NCBI GenBank assembly: GCA_965644265.1
Contig: OZ286476.1
Location: forward strand, 57,722,001 to 57,786,000
Direction of reading: 5' to 3'
Origin: Glycera tridactyla
Lineage: Eukaryota
Length of the DNA stretch: 64,000 bases
Shown here: positions 14,419 to 27,389 of the stretch, piece after piece
How the letters are laid out: every line of letters starts with the position of its first letter
Numbering within the stretch: the stretch's first letter is position 1
Position numbers and translations under genes: made by a program
Notes under the pieces: generated by a model
What the model saw: only the letters and a program-made list of their open reading frames with translations
Databases searched by the model: none
What the model was told of the DNA's origin: nothing

Positions 14419-14769
14419 TTTCCCGGAAAACGCGAGCGACCGTCATATGAGCCCCAGAAGCATCATCATGAGTTTGCGCTTGTATATCATTTGCCGGACT
14501 TTAAATGAGTTGCATATCATGTGACCCGCGAAACAGCGCCGAATGGCATCGCTGAAATGAGCAGCATGTCCGGCCTGATTCCAATCATACCCGATATATG
14601 CTAATTGTGAAGTCATGGATGCATGGTCTAGTAGTTGAGGCGAGTTTACTATAAGTACCATTAGAATTCGGTGCGTGACTCCAGGTGAAGACGCACGGTT
14701 TTATCCAAAAATGTATTCCTTTGTAATACTGTCATATCTTTCTCACGTTTGCCCATTCTTTGTCCATGC

Positions 14770-14942
14770 AATTTATCAATCGACCAATCCATCCATCCAT
14801 CCATCAAAACATCATTCAATCAATTAACCCATCGATCCATCAATCAACAAATAACCATCCAACCAACCAAACAACCAACCAATCGATCAATCAATCAATC
14901 AATCAACCAATCAATCAATCAAACAATCAATCAATCAATCAA
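14770..14942. repeat. (ATCA/ATCC/AACC)n microsatellite
   Basis: Directly visible. Confidence 0.9.
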
Positions 14943-15782
14943 CTAGCACACGGTGACAGATCTGACAGCTGATATGTGTAGTTCTTCCGAGATAAATCCC
15001 TCATGGTCAACAATCACTTATTTTAATCAATCGATCAATAAAATGAGCAATCGATCAAATTATAGTACTTGCGAGAGATTGTGATGATGCCATATTATAA
15101 TCCGACAAAATGGTTATTTCTCAGGAAGCATCAACAATCATGATCGAGATCGTACCACAGCCCGATCTTCGACAGAAACTGCTGACAGCAAGAGATTAGC
15201 AAGTGCATAATGGGGTTTATTTCGATCACTGACTCTATGTTGGCGAAGTGTCAAATCGACGGTACCTACATGGGGCCGCTATCGATTACACCATTTGCCT
15301 CACTCCGCAATTAACCAACCACATTTATGAGGACAATATTTTTGAATTGCACATTTTATTTGATGACGAGTGATGTTGCCTCATCAGCTCAGTATTTAAG
15401 TTGTCTGAATGATATACTGGCAGTTACCCCACAGTGCTGATCATTCGCCTATCACTCGGACTTTCGCCGCCGCAGCCACTACTAGATCCGCCTAACACTG
15501 ACACGTGTAAGTTGTATCTAGTATCAACAAACTCATCCAAAATTCAATCTGATTTCACGAAATCACATGGAATTAGAGGACTGTTGATCAGCCGTTGAAG
15601 TCATGTGCAAACCCAGCCCTATACTTGGTTCATCATCTAAACCGGGGGTCCTCGATTCTAGCTATATCATCATCATAATGAGTAACATGCAAATGATGAT
15701 CAATGAGTTGATTCTAGATCGTGCAACATCCCATTCTCGTGGCTATCAGTACACTGATGCAAGATGATTCCATCGTCATGCG

Positions 15783-15942
15783 CAGATCGAACCTCCCCAA
15801 GAGACCACCTCTACACGAAACCCACCATAACCTGTGACCGCATTAGTACTTCATACAATGAATGACCTCTCTATAAAGTCTACCTCTATGCAAAGGCCAT
15901 TTTCAAGCGACCGGGTGTGGTCTTGGCAGACAGGTTTGACTG
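15783..15942. mobile_element. MITE-like element with imperfect TIRs (CAGxCxAACCT...AGGTTTGACTG)
   Basis: Terminal inverted repeats plus internal GACCACC/GGTGGTC motifs shared with copies at 7681, 14062, 41488, 54466 and 57659. Confidence 0.6.
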
Positions 15943-18047
15943 CACTTTCAATTGATGATATTTTTGNNNNNNNNNNNNNNNNNNNNNNNNNNNNNNNNNN
16001 NNNNNNNNNNNNNNNNNNNNNNNNNNNNNNNNNNNNNNNNNNNNNNNNNNNNNNNNNNNNNNNNNNNNNNNNNNNNNNNNNNNNNNNNNNNNNNNNNNNN
16101 NNNNNNNNNNNNNNNNNNNNNNNNNNNNNNNNNNNNNNNNNNNNNNNNNNNNNNNNNNNNNNNNNNNTCGGTCAAATCTCTCCCACCACAAAGGTTATAT
16201 GGCAGTATGTGCACTCTTGGTGAGCGTTGATTGCCAGCGACACAGAAGACAAATTGATCCAGAAGTCTGTTGTCAGCCCCTTCTGCTTTCACTTGTTTTC
16301 GAAATCACAACCGATGCTGTTGCCTTCAACTCATTGAGGTGTTCATTAGCCTGGGCGGAGTTGAGTTTATCAATGGGATTGTCAGCCGTGCTCTGACTGC
16401 AACCGCATCCTTCTGTGTAATGACTGGCCCAGCTGCTCTCTCGCCGACGCTCGCATTACGCTTCTGCCCACATTCGATTATTAGAGTTGTATATCACGGA
16501 GAAGCACTGCCTTTATTGCATCCGAAGCCTTGTATGGTATGTGACATCTCCCCAGCCTGACAGCCGGATCAAGCTAGAACCAGCTGTCAATGTCATTCAG
16601 CCATCCAAAGATTTCCCAACTTTCTGCACCTTCACCACGAAGCTAGTTTATTTTGATGATACCTAGTGTCTCATTAGATTTGCACTATCCATTGATTTCA
16701 CTACGAATTACCACAGACCGTACAATTCCAACATGATGATGGCGACGCAATTATATTTTACCATGTGCGATTTCTGGGTACAGTTTCGTAAGTTTTCACT
16801 TTATGCTGCATGCAGACCACTCAGTCCAATATATATGGGGAGTTAATCCCGAAGTCATGTGGTGAGGGGTCAAGGTCAAGCTGCTCCTTGACAATCGCCT
16901 GTCATAGGGGTTACATGCGGTATTCATGTCGCTAGTGCTGAGATACCGACTCAGCTATTATCCCCGTGTTAACCAGCACCGGCCATATTTAGGACAATTG
17001 TTTGAAGGTCTTGATTTGACGTGGTGTTTGTGTACTTTTCAAGATCCTGCTCCACAAGATCCTCATGATTGTACATTAGTGACTGAAAGGCTACCGGGTC
17101 ATTTAGCTTGGCTGATGTCGACTTAGGGTTTTTGATGCGAGTAGGCTGGGAAGGTTGTAGCTGATTACCGTGCTATAATGGGTGGGACCCTGGATGGGTA
17201 TGTTAGCCCCAGCAACGTGTGATTGTCGTACGATATACATCAAATCACATCTCAGTGGTACTAGCTTATAAATCCGTATCCTAATACACTTTCTTGTTGC
17301 TATGACATCAATAAAAATGCAGACAATCCTGGAAATGACTGCATACCGTCCATGAATAAATGGAAAAGAAACGGATGACATTCATTGGAAGGTTTGATTA
17401 CCCACAACTCGCTTTCATGTGGTATATACTTATACAAATCTGTGAATTTCTGTAACGGGATTCCACTCAGAGCGTGTGAATATATGATGATCAGTCCATG
17501 ACAGTTAGAGCAAACGCCGGATTCATGAGGTCACCGTGTCTCTCGTGGCTGATTGTAGCCTCATGAAAACAGTCCATGAATCTTGAACTTACGCAAACCC
17601 CAACTTTGGTAGAATCAAGTCAGGAGATGTCGCCTCAACGCGGGTGAGAGAGGAACATCTGACAGGTGATAAATAAGTCGTTCATGGATTCCGTAATTGA
17701 TTGTTCTCTTGTGGACTCGTGCGGAAAATTGACAATGTCGTAAATGTCTAGTTCTATCTGATTCCACTTTATCAGCGTCCACCCAAGTTGACGTGGAACA
17801 TACTTTACTATCTTGGCGTGACATGTGAACTCCCTGCTCGGCCCCTATCTCTAGCCTCACTGTTATGACGGGGATCCATGTCACGACAGCTGCAGACTGT
17901 TTCATTCAATAGTATTCAATATAATCTGTGTATATTCAGTGATATACTGTGGTCCCAACGCTATCTGGTCATTTTGAAGCCTTCAGAAATTCGTACATTT
18001 GAGTGGGAATGTGAGGAATGGCTGAATTGATCGTGATGTGCTGCTAT

Positions 18048-18201
18048 CAGCTGTGACTCAGTGAGTCTGTGAAAGAACAGGGGTGATGCTGGCAGCTGTA
18101 ACTCAGTGAGTCTGTGAAAGAACAGGGGTGATGCTGGCAGCTGTAACTCAGTGAGTCTGTGAAAGAACAGGGGTGATGCTGGCAGCTGTAACTCAGTGAG
18201 T
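18048..18201. repeat. 45-bp tandem repeat (~3.4 units)
   Basis: CAGCTGTAACTCAGTGAGTCTGTGAAAGAACAGGGGTGATGCTGG at 18048, 18093, 18138 and partially at 18183. Confidence 0.93.
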
Positions 18202-18267
18202 CAGTCACAGAGCTCGTAATGAGTCTCAGTGACTTCAACTACATCGTAGACTATCATGCATGACATT

Positions 18268-18500
18268 GCCACCACCCCAACCACAACCACCATCACTATC
18301 ACCAACAGCAACACCACAGCCACCACCACCAGTATCACCACCATCAATACTACCGCCAGCGCCAGCGCCAATACCACCGCAATCACCACCATTGCCACCA
18401 CCACTGCCACCGCTACCACCATCAACACCAATACCCTGCCACAAACACAACCACCGATCCTCTTCCCTGTCACCATCACCACCACCAACAACAACAATAG
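18268..18500. repeat. Degenerate (ACC/ACA/GCC)n trinucleotide tract
   Basis: Directly visible; produces Thr-, Pro- and Val-rich ORFs in several frames. Confidence 0.85.
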
Positions 18501-20883
18501 TCATGAGTCTATAATCTCAGGAACCTCCACCTGACGCTGCCTGAAATAGTTCGCAACTGATGAAGTCACAGTAACACATAGTCTCTTGGCGGCATGATGC
18601 ACCACGAAGCAGCAGGAAATAGCCCACACTGTGTCAGACTATTCTCAGATTAAGTAACCCATCACACATGTGTAAGCTCTGTGAATGTTTCTCTCCGCTT
18701 GGCCTGTGATGCACAGTCGAGCTTTCTTCTATAACCGTTCATCGTTTCCGGAACTTCCCCATTCAAATAGGGTATTTGGGCGATTCCATCTACTTGACTC
18801 TCTCTATTGCCCCATCTCCTTGCCTATTTTAGATCTCTGCATTTATTCATGGAGAATACCTTGAACCCTGCGCAACACCACTCCAGGTCATCGTGAAATA
18901 TACGTGATAGCGTTTTATACAACCGTGTACTTTGATCCTCTCACACGGAAGTACACACGTGCTTTGAGTACGTAATTGGCTTGATACTAGTTGTTCATTC
19001 TTCTTCGTCTCCCATCGTACCATGGATTAATTGGCAAGACTGCGATTCCCCATCATCTTGTGTTAAGGGTTTGTGAGTGTGATGTTTGCAGGGGACAGGG
19101 CGGCCAGCTTTCATTTATCAGGAACATACGGCATACGTTCATTGGGTTGATACGTGCCAATAAACTGCAAACAAAGCTAAACCAACCAGAACCCCGATGA
19201 TCCAGGGAGCTGGGATCCACCGGGTTGTGAACCTTAGCAAGGGAGTCACTATCGTTTCAGTCCATTTTCCCCACAGATAGGCCCGAACCATGCGGATCGC
19301 GTTCAGGTGATCTTGTGCAGCGGATCTTTCGGTTTGTTAACACAGCACGCCCTCTCTCCATGCCCCTCTGTCTCTATCGCTTGTTCTCTCATACATGCTA
19401 CCTATGAAGAATTTATTAATATCTGTGTGATAAAAGCAGGAACGCTATCATGTGGTGACAGCTGAAGGATCACACGAGTTGGTGGAGCTCCCCCGAGATC
19501 CGCCAATGAGTGTTCCTGCTATATTATCAGTGGAATTAGCGAATATTATTGATCCGTTGGTGCAAATTTGAAACATTTCCACCCCACCTCATCCTGAGAT
19601 TTTATCTTACTCAAGAGGGCAAAGGCCAACTGCTCCCCCCCCCCCCCGCTAACCATGTATTACATGATATAAACAATATATTTGGTATTTCGAGAATGAA
19701 TACTACACAAAACATGAATTACCTGGTGAAGACACAAGGAGTTGGAAGGACTATGCAGTCAGGCCGATCCTCAATAGTGCTTGAACACACGGGAGTGACT
19801 ACAAACCACAGCTTCAGTTGATTGGCAAGTTACGGTCAGATATATATGAGAGAAGTTGAGCATGATGAAGGAAACCCATTGGTGAGTGATCTTTGAGTGA
19901 CGGGGAGAGTGAGTCTGGGGTTTGACAGACTTGATCAGTATTCATGGTGAGACAGCATCTCGCTGCCAGCTCGCACGGCTGGGGCTTCATTAGCCATCGT
20001 GAAATATGCATCACCTGTCTTCTAAACATTCATTTAATCTCTTACAAAGACAGCAGTAACGAGCTCTCAGCGTAGACATGATGCAACAAGTGTTTGCAGC
20101 AGCGCGCGCATTACACGAGACACTCAGCATGCCATCTACCTCCGTCAGATGAGGCGATCAAATCTGCCTGCTATCAGAATTCACTGACGAATCCCGCGTT
20201 ATCAGACTCGCAAGCTTGAAAAGGGTCATAAATAATTCTTCACTTTATCTGTCCTATGGGTTTTGCCATGATGTGTCATTATATTGTCCATGTCGAATAG
20301 TGGTGACATGTTGGATGCTGATATATCAGAAGTCATGATATGGAGACACATATACATATTCCTTCATGGTCATGTTATACCACTGATCTAGGCGACTTGT
20401 TGCGATTCAAACAGCATTTCAGCATCATCCTATTGGGCAGAAATATATCAACCAGCGATTTCAGATCTACATAGATCTACCCCCCCCCCCCTCGATTCAA
20501 CCACAAATCGATTTTCTTGACACGAATCTGAATATTTCGCAAAAGATTCAAAATTGTCGAGGTCAAACTTTGCATTCGCCTGGCTGTGAAGAAGACAGAT
20601 CTCTAGTACTTCTGGAAATCCCTTTATAATAGGTATCTGTCCCGTGTATGCATCGCCATTGGGTGATGGGGTCGGTGCCAGGTCCATTCCGACGATGACA
20701 GTCATCCGTGCATGCACACCTTCCCTCCATTTACAGCAGAACATTGATGCTGTCAGCCAAACTGCTTCCGACCGACAACCCAAGAAGGGATCTACCCATA
20801 TCTATCATACGGGCATCACAATATAGCACAGAAGAAGCTCTCGTGACATTAAACCAGAACCAACTACCCAACCTCCCACGCGA

Positions 20884-23778
20884 CCACTCAGATGGAATCG
20901 GGATAATTCATCGAGGTAAAAATCCTTAAGGAATAGCAATAGCGGGCAATTGCCATGTAGCAATTGTTCTCATATTCTTTCTCCATACACAACATATATC
21001 AGTCAGTTACAGTGCACAGTATGTCGGCGTGGCTTTATTGTTTTCCGGTGGGCTGTCACCAGGCTAAGCTGGCCTACTATATGATGACTGATGAGTGCAT
21101 GGCCGATGATTATTAGTATTGGTGCATGACTGGACTCTATTAACCCCGTAATCAACTGGGGCATCTCAACATGTGCTGACTGTAGCATACTGTCGTCCCT
21201 GGTGTGAATACTTGATCAGTGCAGTCTAGTCGGCCCATCTCTGTCATGGCGGTGATGTATCCAGAAGGCGTTCATCCTATCTATAAGTGACACAGAAAGC
21301 GACATGAAAAGACACAAAAAGCCTAGCATAGCAGCATATAATACCCTGCGCCATCTATCTCAAAGCAAGAAAGCTGGGGGGGGGGAGTTCTAGCCTTCGA
21401 ACCCTTCATCTGCAGCATAATTCTATGTGATTCGGAACTGTGGACACTGACACAGAAACTATGACACCAGATAGACGTATTCCGTAAATTCTGCAAATAC
21501 ACTGGCCCAAAAAAAGATAACAAATTAAAACCTGTGCACAAGAACGAAACAACAAAATGGTCAATAACAATCGAACAGAGATGACTATAATTGTACGGCC
21601 ACATGATTAGGCTCCCAGAAGACACTCCGATGAAAAAAAGGCAAAGGAAGGGGGAGACAGAAAAGTGAGAAAATCACCAGGTAAACCAAAACTCACATGG
21701 GAAAAACTAATCAAGAATGAGATGATGATGATGATTATCTACAAGTGAAACAAACTGGTGGTGTGGAGGTCCGTGTCTGCTGAAGTCGGTTCGCTATACT
21801 TGGGTAGGGCAATAGTTCCAACCTCACACTTCACACAACTGCCTGGTCTTATGGGTGGAAGAATTTGAATTGGCTACCAGAATACATGATTGTGGCAGAC
21901 ATCTTGGCGGCAGAATCTAACTGCTGAATATCGGCGTAATTCCATGCAGCGAGGGGCGATTTTCCAGAGAAGTCCCTATGGTATGATCCATCACTTCGCG
22001 GAGGCAACCTGCCCACAATATGGTATCCATCATTCATCATATCCGACTGTCATCTTTCACAGTCTTCATTCCAACAATCTCAAATGAAGCCAATAAAAAG
22101 AATGCAGTCTCTAGGGGTGAAACATGGTAATGGCAATGCTAGTTCAACAGGAGACAATCAACAGTGCACGATCCCAACCACCTATGTGCCGGGAACCAGC
22201 ATTGTCTTGCTACGTACTTTTGAGAAGTAAACGTTCCGGAAAGTATGGTGCCAACCCGTGTTACATCAGGTATTCAATCTCCCTCTATATATTGTATATA
22301 TGTTATATTGTTTATGTTCTCGTAGTCCCGAAATTATCCGTTATTCAGATATGGGACGTTCTTGAGAGTAAATAAAGAAATACAAATACCACTCACATGG
22401 AATCGGGGTAATTCATCGAATTAAAAATCCTTAAGGAATAGCAGTAAAGGGCAATTACCATGTACCAATTGTTCTCATATTCTTTCTCCATACAGAACAT
22501 ATATCAGTCAGTCACAGTGCACAGTATATTGGCGTGGCTTTATTGTTTTCCGGTGGGCTGTCACCAGGCTAAGCTGGCCTACTATATGATGACTGATGAG
22601 TGCATGGCCGATGATTATTAGTATTGGTGCATGACTGGACTTTATTAACCCCGGAATGAACTGGGGCATCTCAACATGAGCAGACTGTAGCATACTGTCG
22701 TCCCTGGTGTGAATACTTGATCAGTGCAGTCTAGTCGGCCCATCTCTGTCATGGCGGTGATGTATCCAGAAGGCCTTCATCTTATCTATAAGTGACACAG
22801 AAAGTGACATAAAGAGACACAAAAGCCTAGCATAGCAGCATATAATACCCTGCGCCATCTATTTCAAAGCAAGAAAGCTGGAGGGGGGAGTTCTAGCCTT
22901 CGAACCCTTTATCTGCAGCATAATTCTATGTGATTCGGAACTGTGGACACTGACACAGAAACTATGACACCAGATAGACGTATTCCGTAAATTCTGCAGA
23001 TACACTGGCCCAAAAAAGATAACAAATTAAAACCTATGCACAAGAACGAAACAACAGAAATGGTCAATAACAATCGAAGAGAGATGACTATAATTGTACG
23101 GCCACATGATGAGGCTCCCAGAAGACACTCCGATAAAAAAAAAGACAAAGGAAGGGGGAGACAGAAAAGTGAGAAAATCACCAGGTAAACCAAAACTCAC
23201 ATGGGAAAAACTAATCAAGAACGAGATGATGATGATGATTATCTACAAGTGAAACAAACTGGTGGTGTGGAGGTCCGTGTCTGCTGAAGTCGGTTCGCTA
23301 TACTTGGGTAGGGCAATAGTTCCAACCTCACACTTCACACAACTGCCTGGTCTTATGGGTGGAAGAATTTGAATTGGCTACCAGAATACATGATTGTGGC
23401 AGACATCTTGGCGGCAGAATCTAACTGCTGAATATCGGCGTAATTCCATGCAGCGAGGGGCGATTTTCCAGAGAAGTCCCTATGGTATGATCCATCACTT
23501 CGCGGAGGCAACCTGCCCACAATATGGTATCCATCATTCATCATATCCGACTGTCATCTTTCACAGTCTTCATTCCAACAATCACAAATGAAGCCAATAA
23601 AAAGAATGCAGTCTCTAGGGGTGGAACATGGTAATGGCAACGCAGGTTGAACAGGAGACAATCAACAGTGCACGATCCTAACCACAAATGTGCCGGGAAC
23701 CAGCATTGTCTTGCTACATACTTTTGAGAAGTATACGTTCCGGAAAGTATGGTGAAGGCCCGTGTTACATCAGGTATT
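20884..23778 (+). repeat. Tandem duplication of a ~1.39-kb segment (20884-22274 and 22389-23778; period ~1505 bp)
   Basis: Near-identical sequence throughout, with paired ORF-track entries (21003/22508, 21849/23353, 21890/23394). Confidence 0.95.
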
Positions 23779-26700
23779 TGCACCAGCATTAAGCACGTCC
23801 AGTGCTCGTTCTGCTCATATAACCAGAATCCGTTCACAATTCATCAACTCTGAATATGAATTTTCCAAATTCGGATGACTGAAAAAAGAGCATGAATACA
23901 AGCTTTATGATGTTCCGTCCTAGGCTGCCATCCCTTGCAATATCAGAACGAAAGAATAAGCAATATCTAATTGAAACAACGAAGATTATTTGGGATAGAC
24001 ATCATGACGTGCGTGAAATCCATGCATTGAACAAAGCTCCTCTTGATAGAGCTGCTTTTCGAATTCATGCAGTTCTCAAATTATGGATGAGTACGGGACG
24101 GTGGATTTCATATTGATATCAAATGATTCAACATGATTCTGTCGACTAGCATTTCCACTTCGGACATTTTAGTTGTATAATCCAGCGTGCCACTGTCAAA
24201 TGCAGTAAGAGGGAGGCTTCATTTCACATGCCCCCATGTGTCACAAGCTGAACACATTCCAGATAGCTTCAATTGTCCACCGTTGTAACAGCGTTACATC
24301 CTCGTCTCCATCAGGCTAGCTGCATTATGCAGGACACTCCGTACATCACATAGAAAAGCACCTGAATAATTCACCAGACAGACTTGGACTAGCACCCTCG
24401 CCGCGACAATAGACGGCGAGAATAGGTCTGCGCTGATATCTGGGGACCAATCAAATACCATCAGGGCACCAAGAAAACAGGTTGGGCACGGCCTCTATTC
24501 GCATTTAGCAATGAAGAGGTGTTGTCTATTAGATGTAACCAGTTTATGTCCACTCACTTCTTCATAAATAATGTGATCCATTATATACTTGCCAGATGGA
24601 CTGGTTATTCCGAGTGAACATAAGATCAAAATTCAAGGACAAATAAAAACTCGGATCATAAGTAAATCTCATTTTGATGTATCCATGCCATCAGGCACAG
24701 AGAACTATCAAGATTCATACAATATGGCATATAAGACACATGTTATATAGATAGGCGGAGGGTGAGAAAATCTGGGTAGATATTTGATGCACTGATTCAA
24801 TCAATATGTTCCATTTGTCCTAGCCGGCCTAATGATTCGTGCACCTCAGCTAGAATGAGTGTCAGGTGTTTCTCTATATTGCTACAGAAAGTTAATCAAA
24901 GACGGATATAACTGGAAGTGGTGTTGCGAATGAAGGCTACATCATGCTGCCAGCTCTCTCATCTTCTACCTCAATCACGCCGAATATGTCTCCCTCAATG
25001 ATGGACTGGCTGTCATCGAACTCGTAAACCCCAGACATATTGGTTCAACCTGGACTCTGGAGTTTCCCATACATCTAGAATTCAGCCGAATGTAACACTC
25101 ATATCGGATACACTTGCACCGCGACGCTGTTTTCTCACTGCCTATGATCCTACTATATTGTTTCGCATCTGAATGGAGTAATTGTGAACTCACAGCCTCT
25201 GTGAAAAAAACCGCCCTCGGTCGCATGAAAAGGGGCCTTCGTAGGGAGGGGGGGGGGGTCTTTAGTGTATGAATGCCCTCGCGCTCACAGCCCAGGGTAA
25301 CCTATATCGGCAGGTGGCCTTGGCGGTCTCTCGAGCAGGAGCGAAATCACATGATATCCCCACGCAGCAGGTGGCATGGAAGATTAGAGGTGAGGAGCAT
25401 GGCCATCCAGCTGGTCATCCAGGCCGAGNNNNNNNNNNNNNNNNNNNNNNNNNNNNNNNNNNNNNNNNNNNNNNNNNNNNNNNNNNNNNNNNNNNNNNNN
25501 NNNNNNNNNNNNNNNNNNNNNNNNNNNNNNNNNNNNNNNNNNNNNNNNNNNNNNNNNNNNNNNNNNNNNNNNNNNNNNNNNNNNNNNNNNNNNNNNNNNN
25601 NAACGAGGGACAGACATGCGCAGTCACAGAGAGAGAGAGAATGTGGGCGAGGGAGACGGAGCGATAGGAGTAGGGAGAGAGAGAGAGAGAGGCGGGTAGC
25701 ATAGGGGGAAGAGGGGAAAGGGAGAAACATTAATGACATATAAAGCGAGAGGAGAGGAAAGGCACCCACGTTGTAGCCATGTCCTATTAATACTCGATTG
25801 ATAATCGGCGCGATTTCTCAAGGTTCAGAAAGTGGAGATTATTAAGACAGGTCCAACCCTAGCACATGGTTCCAGATCTTCCCGCAAGATGGAGGAGCGG
25901 CCCCTGCCGACTAATTCGACGCGACATCTGGAGGAACCTGTAGGAAGCGGGGTCCAGGTGGGCAAGTACGTGACCAAACAAGGTCGTATTCCATTGCTTG
26001 GTTCGATTTCGGCAACTTTAAGAAAGACATCTTTCATTGTGTGGGTTGATTTTTCTATCGTTTTCTCCATCTGGTGGAATATGGTGATTTCCAAACAGTG
26101 CCTCACATTTCCTTACCTCTCATCACCTGGGCACCATGGGGAGTCGGCGGTAGCTGGCTGTGACAGGCATGGTGCTTCATGGAAATATACATCCAAGAAA
26201 TCAAGCTAGCTCCGTATTGAAGTGGCGACCATGAGTGGATCATCCTCTCTATTCACTCTGGATGTGAGAGGTGTATGAGGCTGCATGGGTTTTAAACCTG
26301 GACGCACGATGGATGACCAAGTTCGAGGGACACTGCGTTATTAACTTAGATGTGACGTCCACCAAGGGATGAGCCATTAGATTGTTAGGATTTTCATGCT
26401 TTCTCCCGTCTGGGAATTTTTTGTTTGACTCGAATGGTGACAGATGTGCAAAAGATATTGACCATCCTCGGAATCAACCTCCATAGAGTACATAGATAAT
26501 TCCCGTAAGGACTATCCATCAAGCAGCCCATGACAGGGCGAAATGGGAAGTCAGCTATATCTGAATATGGATCAATTAGAGTTTTATAAATATGGCATAT
26601 CACTCAATCCCTGGCTGTATTTTTGTCATGGTGATCACTAGTATGACAAACCAGCCAATTGATGGTATTATCAAGATGGCGAGACCACGTCACATCTACT

Positions 26701-27355
26701 CACATTAATATGTAAGAACATGGCATCATAACATGGATCAGTCTATGTCAGGCTGCAGCCCTGATAGGAGACAGTGGTACGAGCGACTTGAATCATGATC
26801 TCCGAGATGGTTTTCGCAGTGGCGTCATGTAAGATATTCCCCAGTGCATCAAAAGGAATGAAAATAAATGAAAGCTCTCGTGTATGAGATAGCTGGCTAC
26901 AGCGGACCCATCATATAGATAGCCCATTATAACATATAACCTAATGTCTGCCCATCTGTACCATCAGACTTCCAATCTCTGCTGAAGAATTGTTTTTTTT
27001 TCTGGCAAGAAATGTAGTGCAGTTCGCCTGTTGAGATATCATAAGTCTTGTTGCCGGAGGGAACTACATTCGGAGCGCTGTGTCGGATTAGTTGAGTTTG
27101 TCTAGATGGGGAAATGACTATCAGGTACGTGGGTTCGCCAAACACCAGGAGACAGGTGCCTACGATGAGACATTCTATAGCCATGGATTGAGACCTCTGT
27201 GAAAATAGTCACCTGTCAACAGCCAGTCGGCCAAGCGCACTGGCTCGAGAAGTGAGGAACACAGAATTGCACTTAAATAAATCCCGGCAAGAGTCACATG
27301 TCGGCAAGTTGACTGACAGCACGGCAATTTGTCCCACCCGAGATTCCAACACAAG

Positions 27356-27389
<34 letters not shown>

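Noticed and set aside
18256-18534. Thr-rich mucin-like ORF
   Set aside because: Explained by a degenerate trinucleotide tract that is open in several frames on both strands, with no signal peptide or splice support.
22020-22050. TVGYDE as a NACHT Walker B relic
   Set aside because: Too short, the hydrophobic strand before it is missing, and no Walker A lies upstream.
25825-26260. Protein-like frame SYSIAWFDFGNFKKDIFHCVG
   Set aside because: Interrupted by stops, and I could not assign it to any family.
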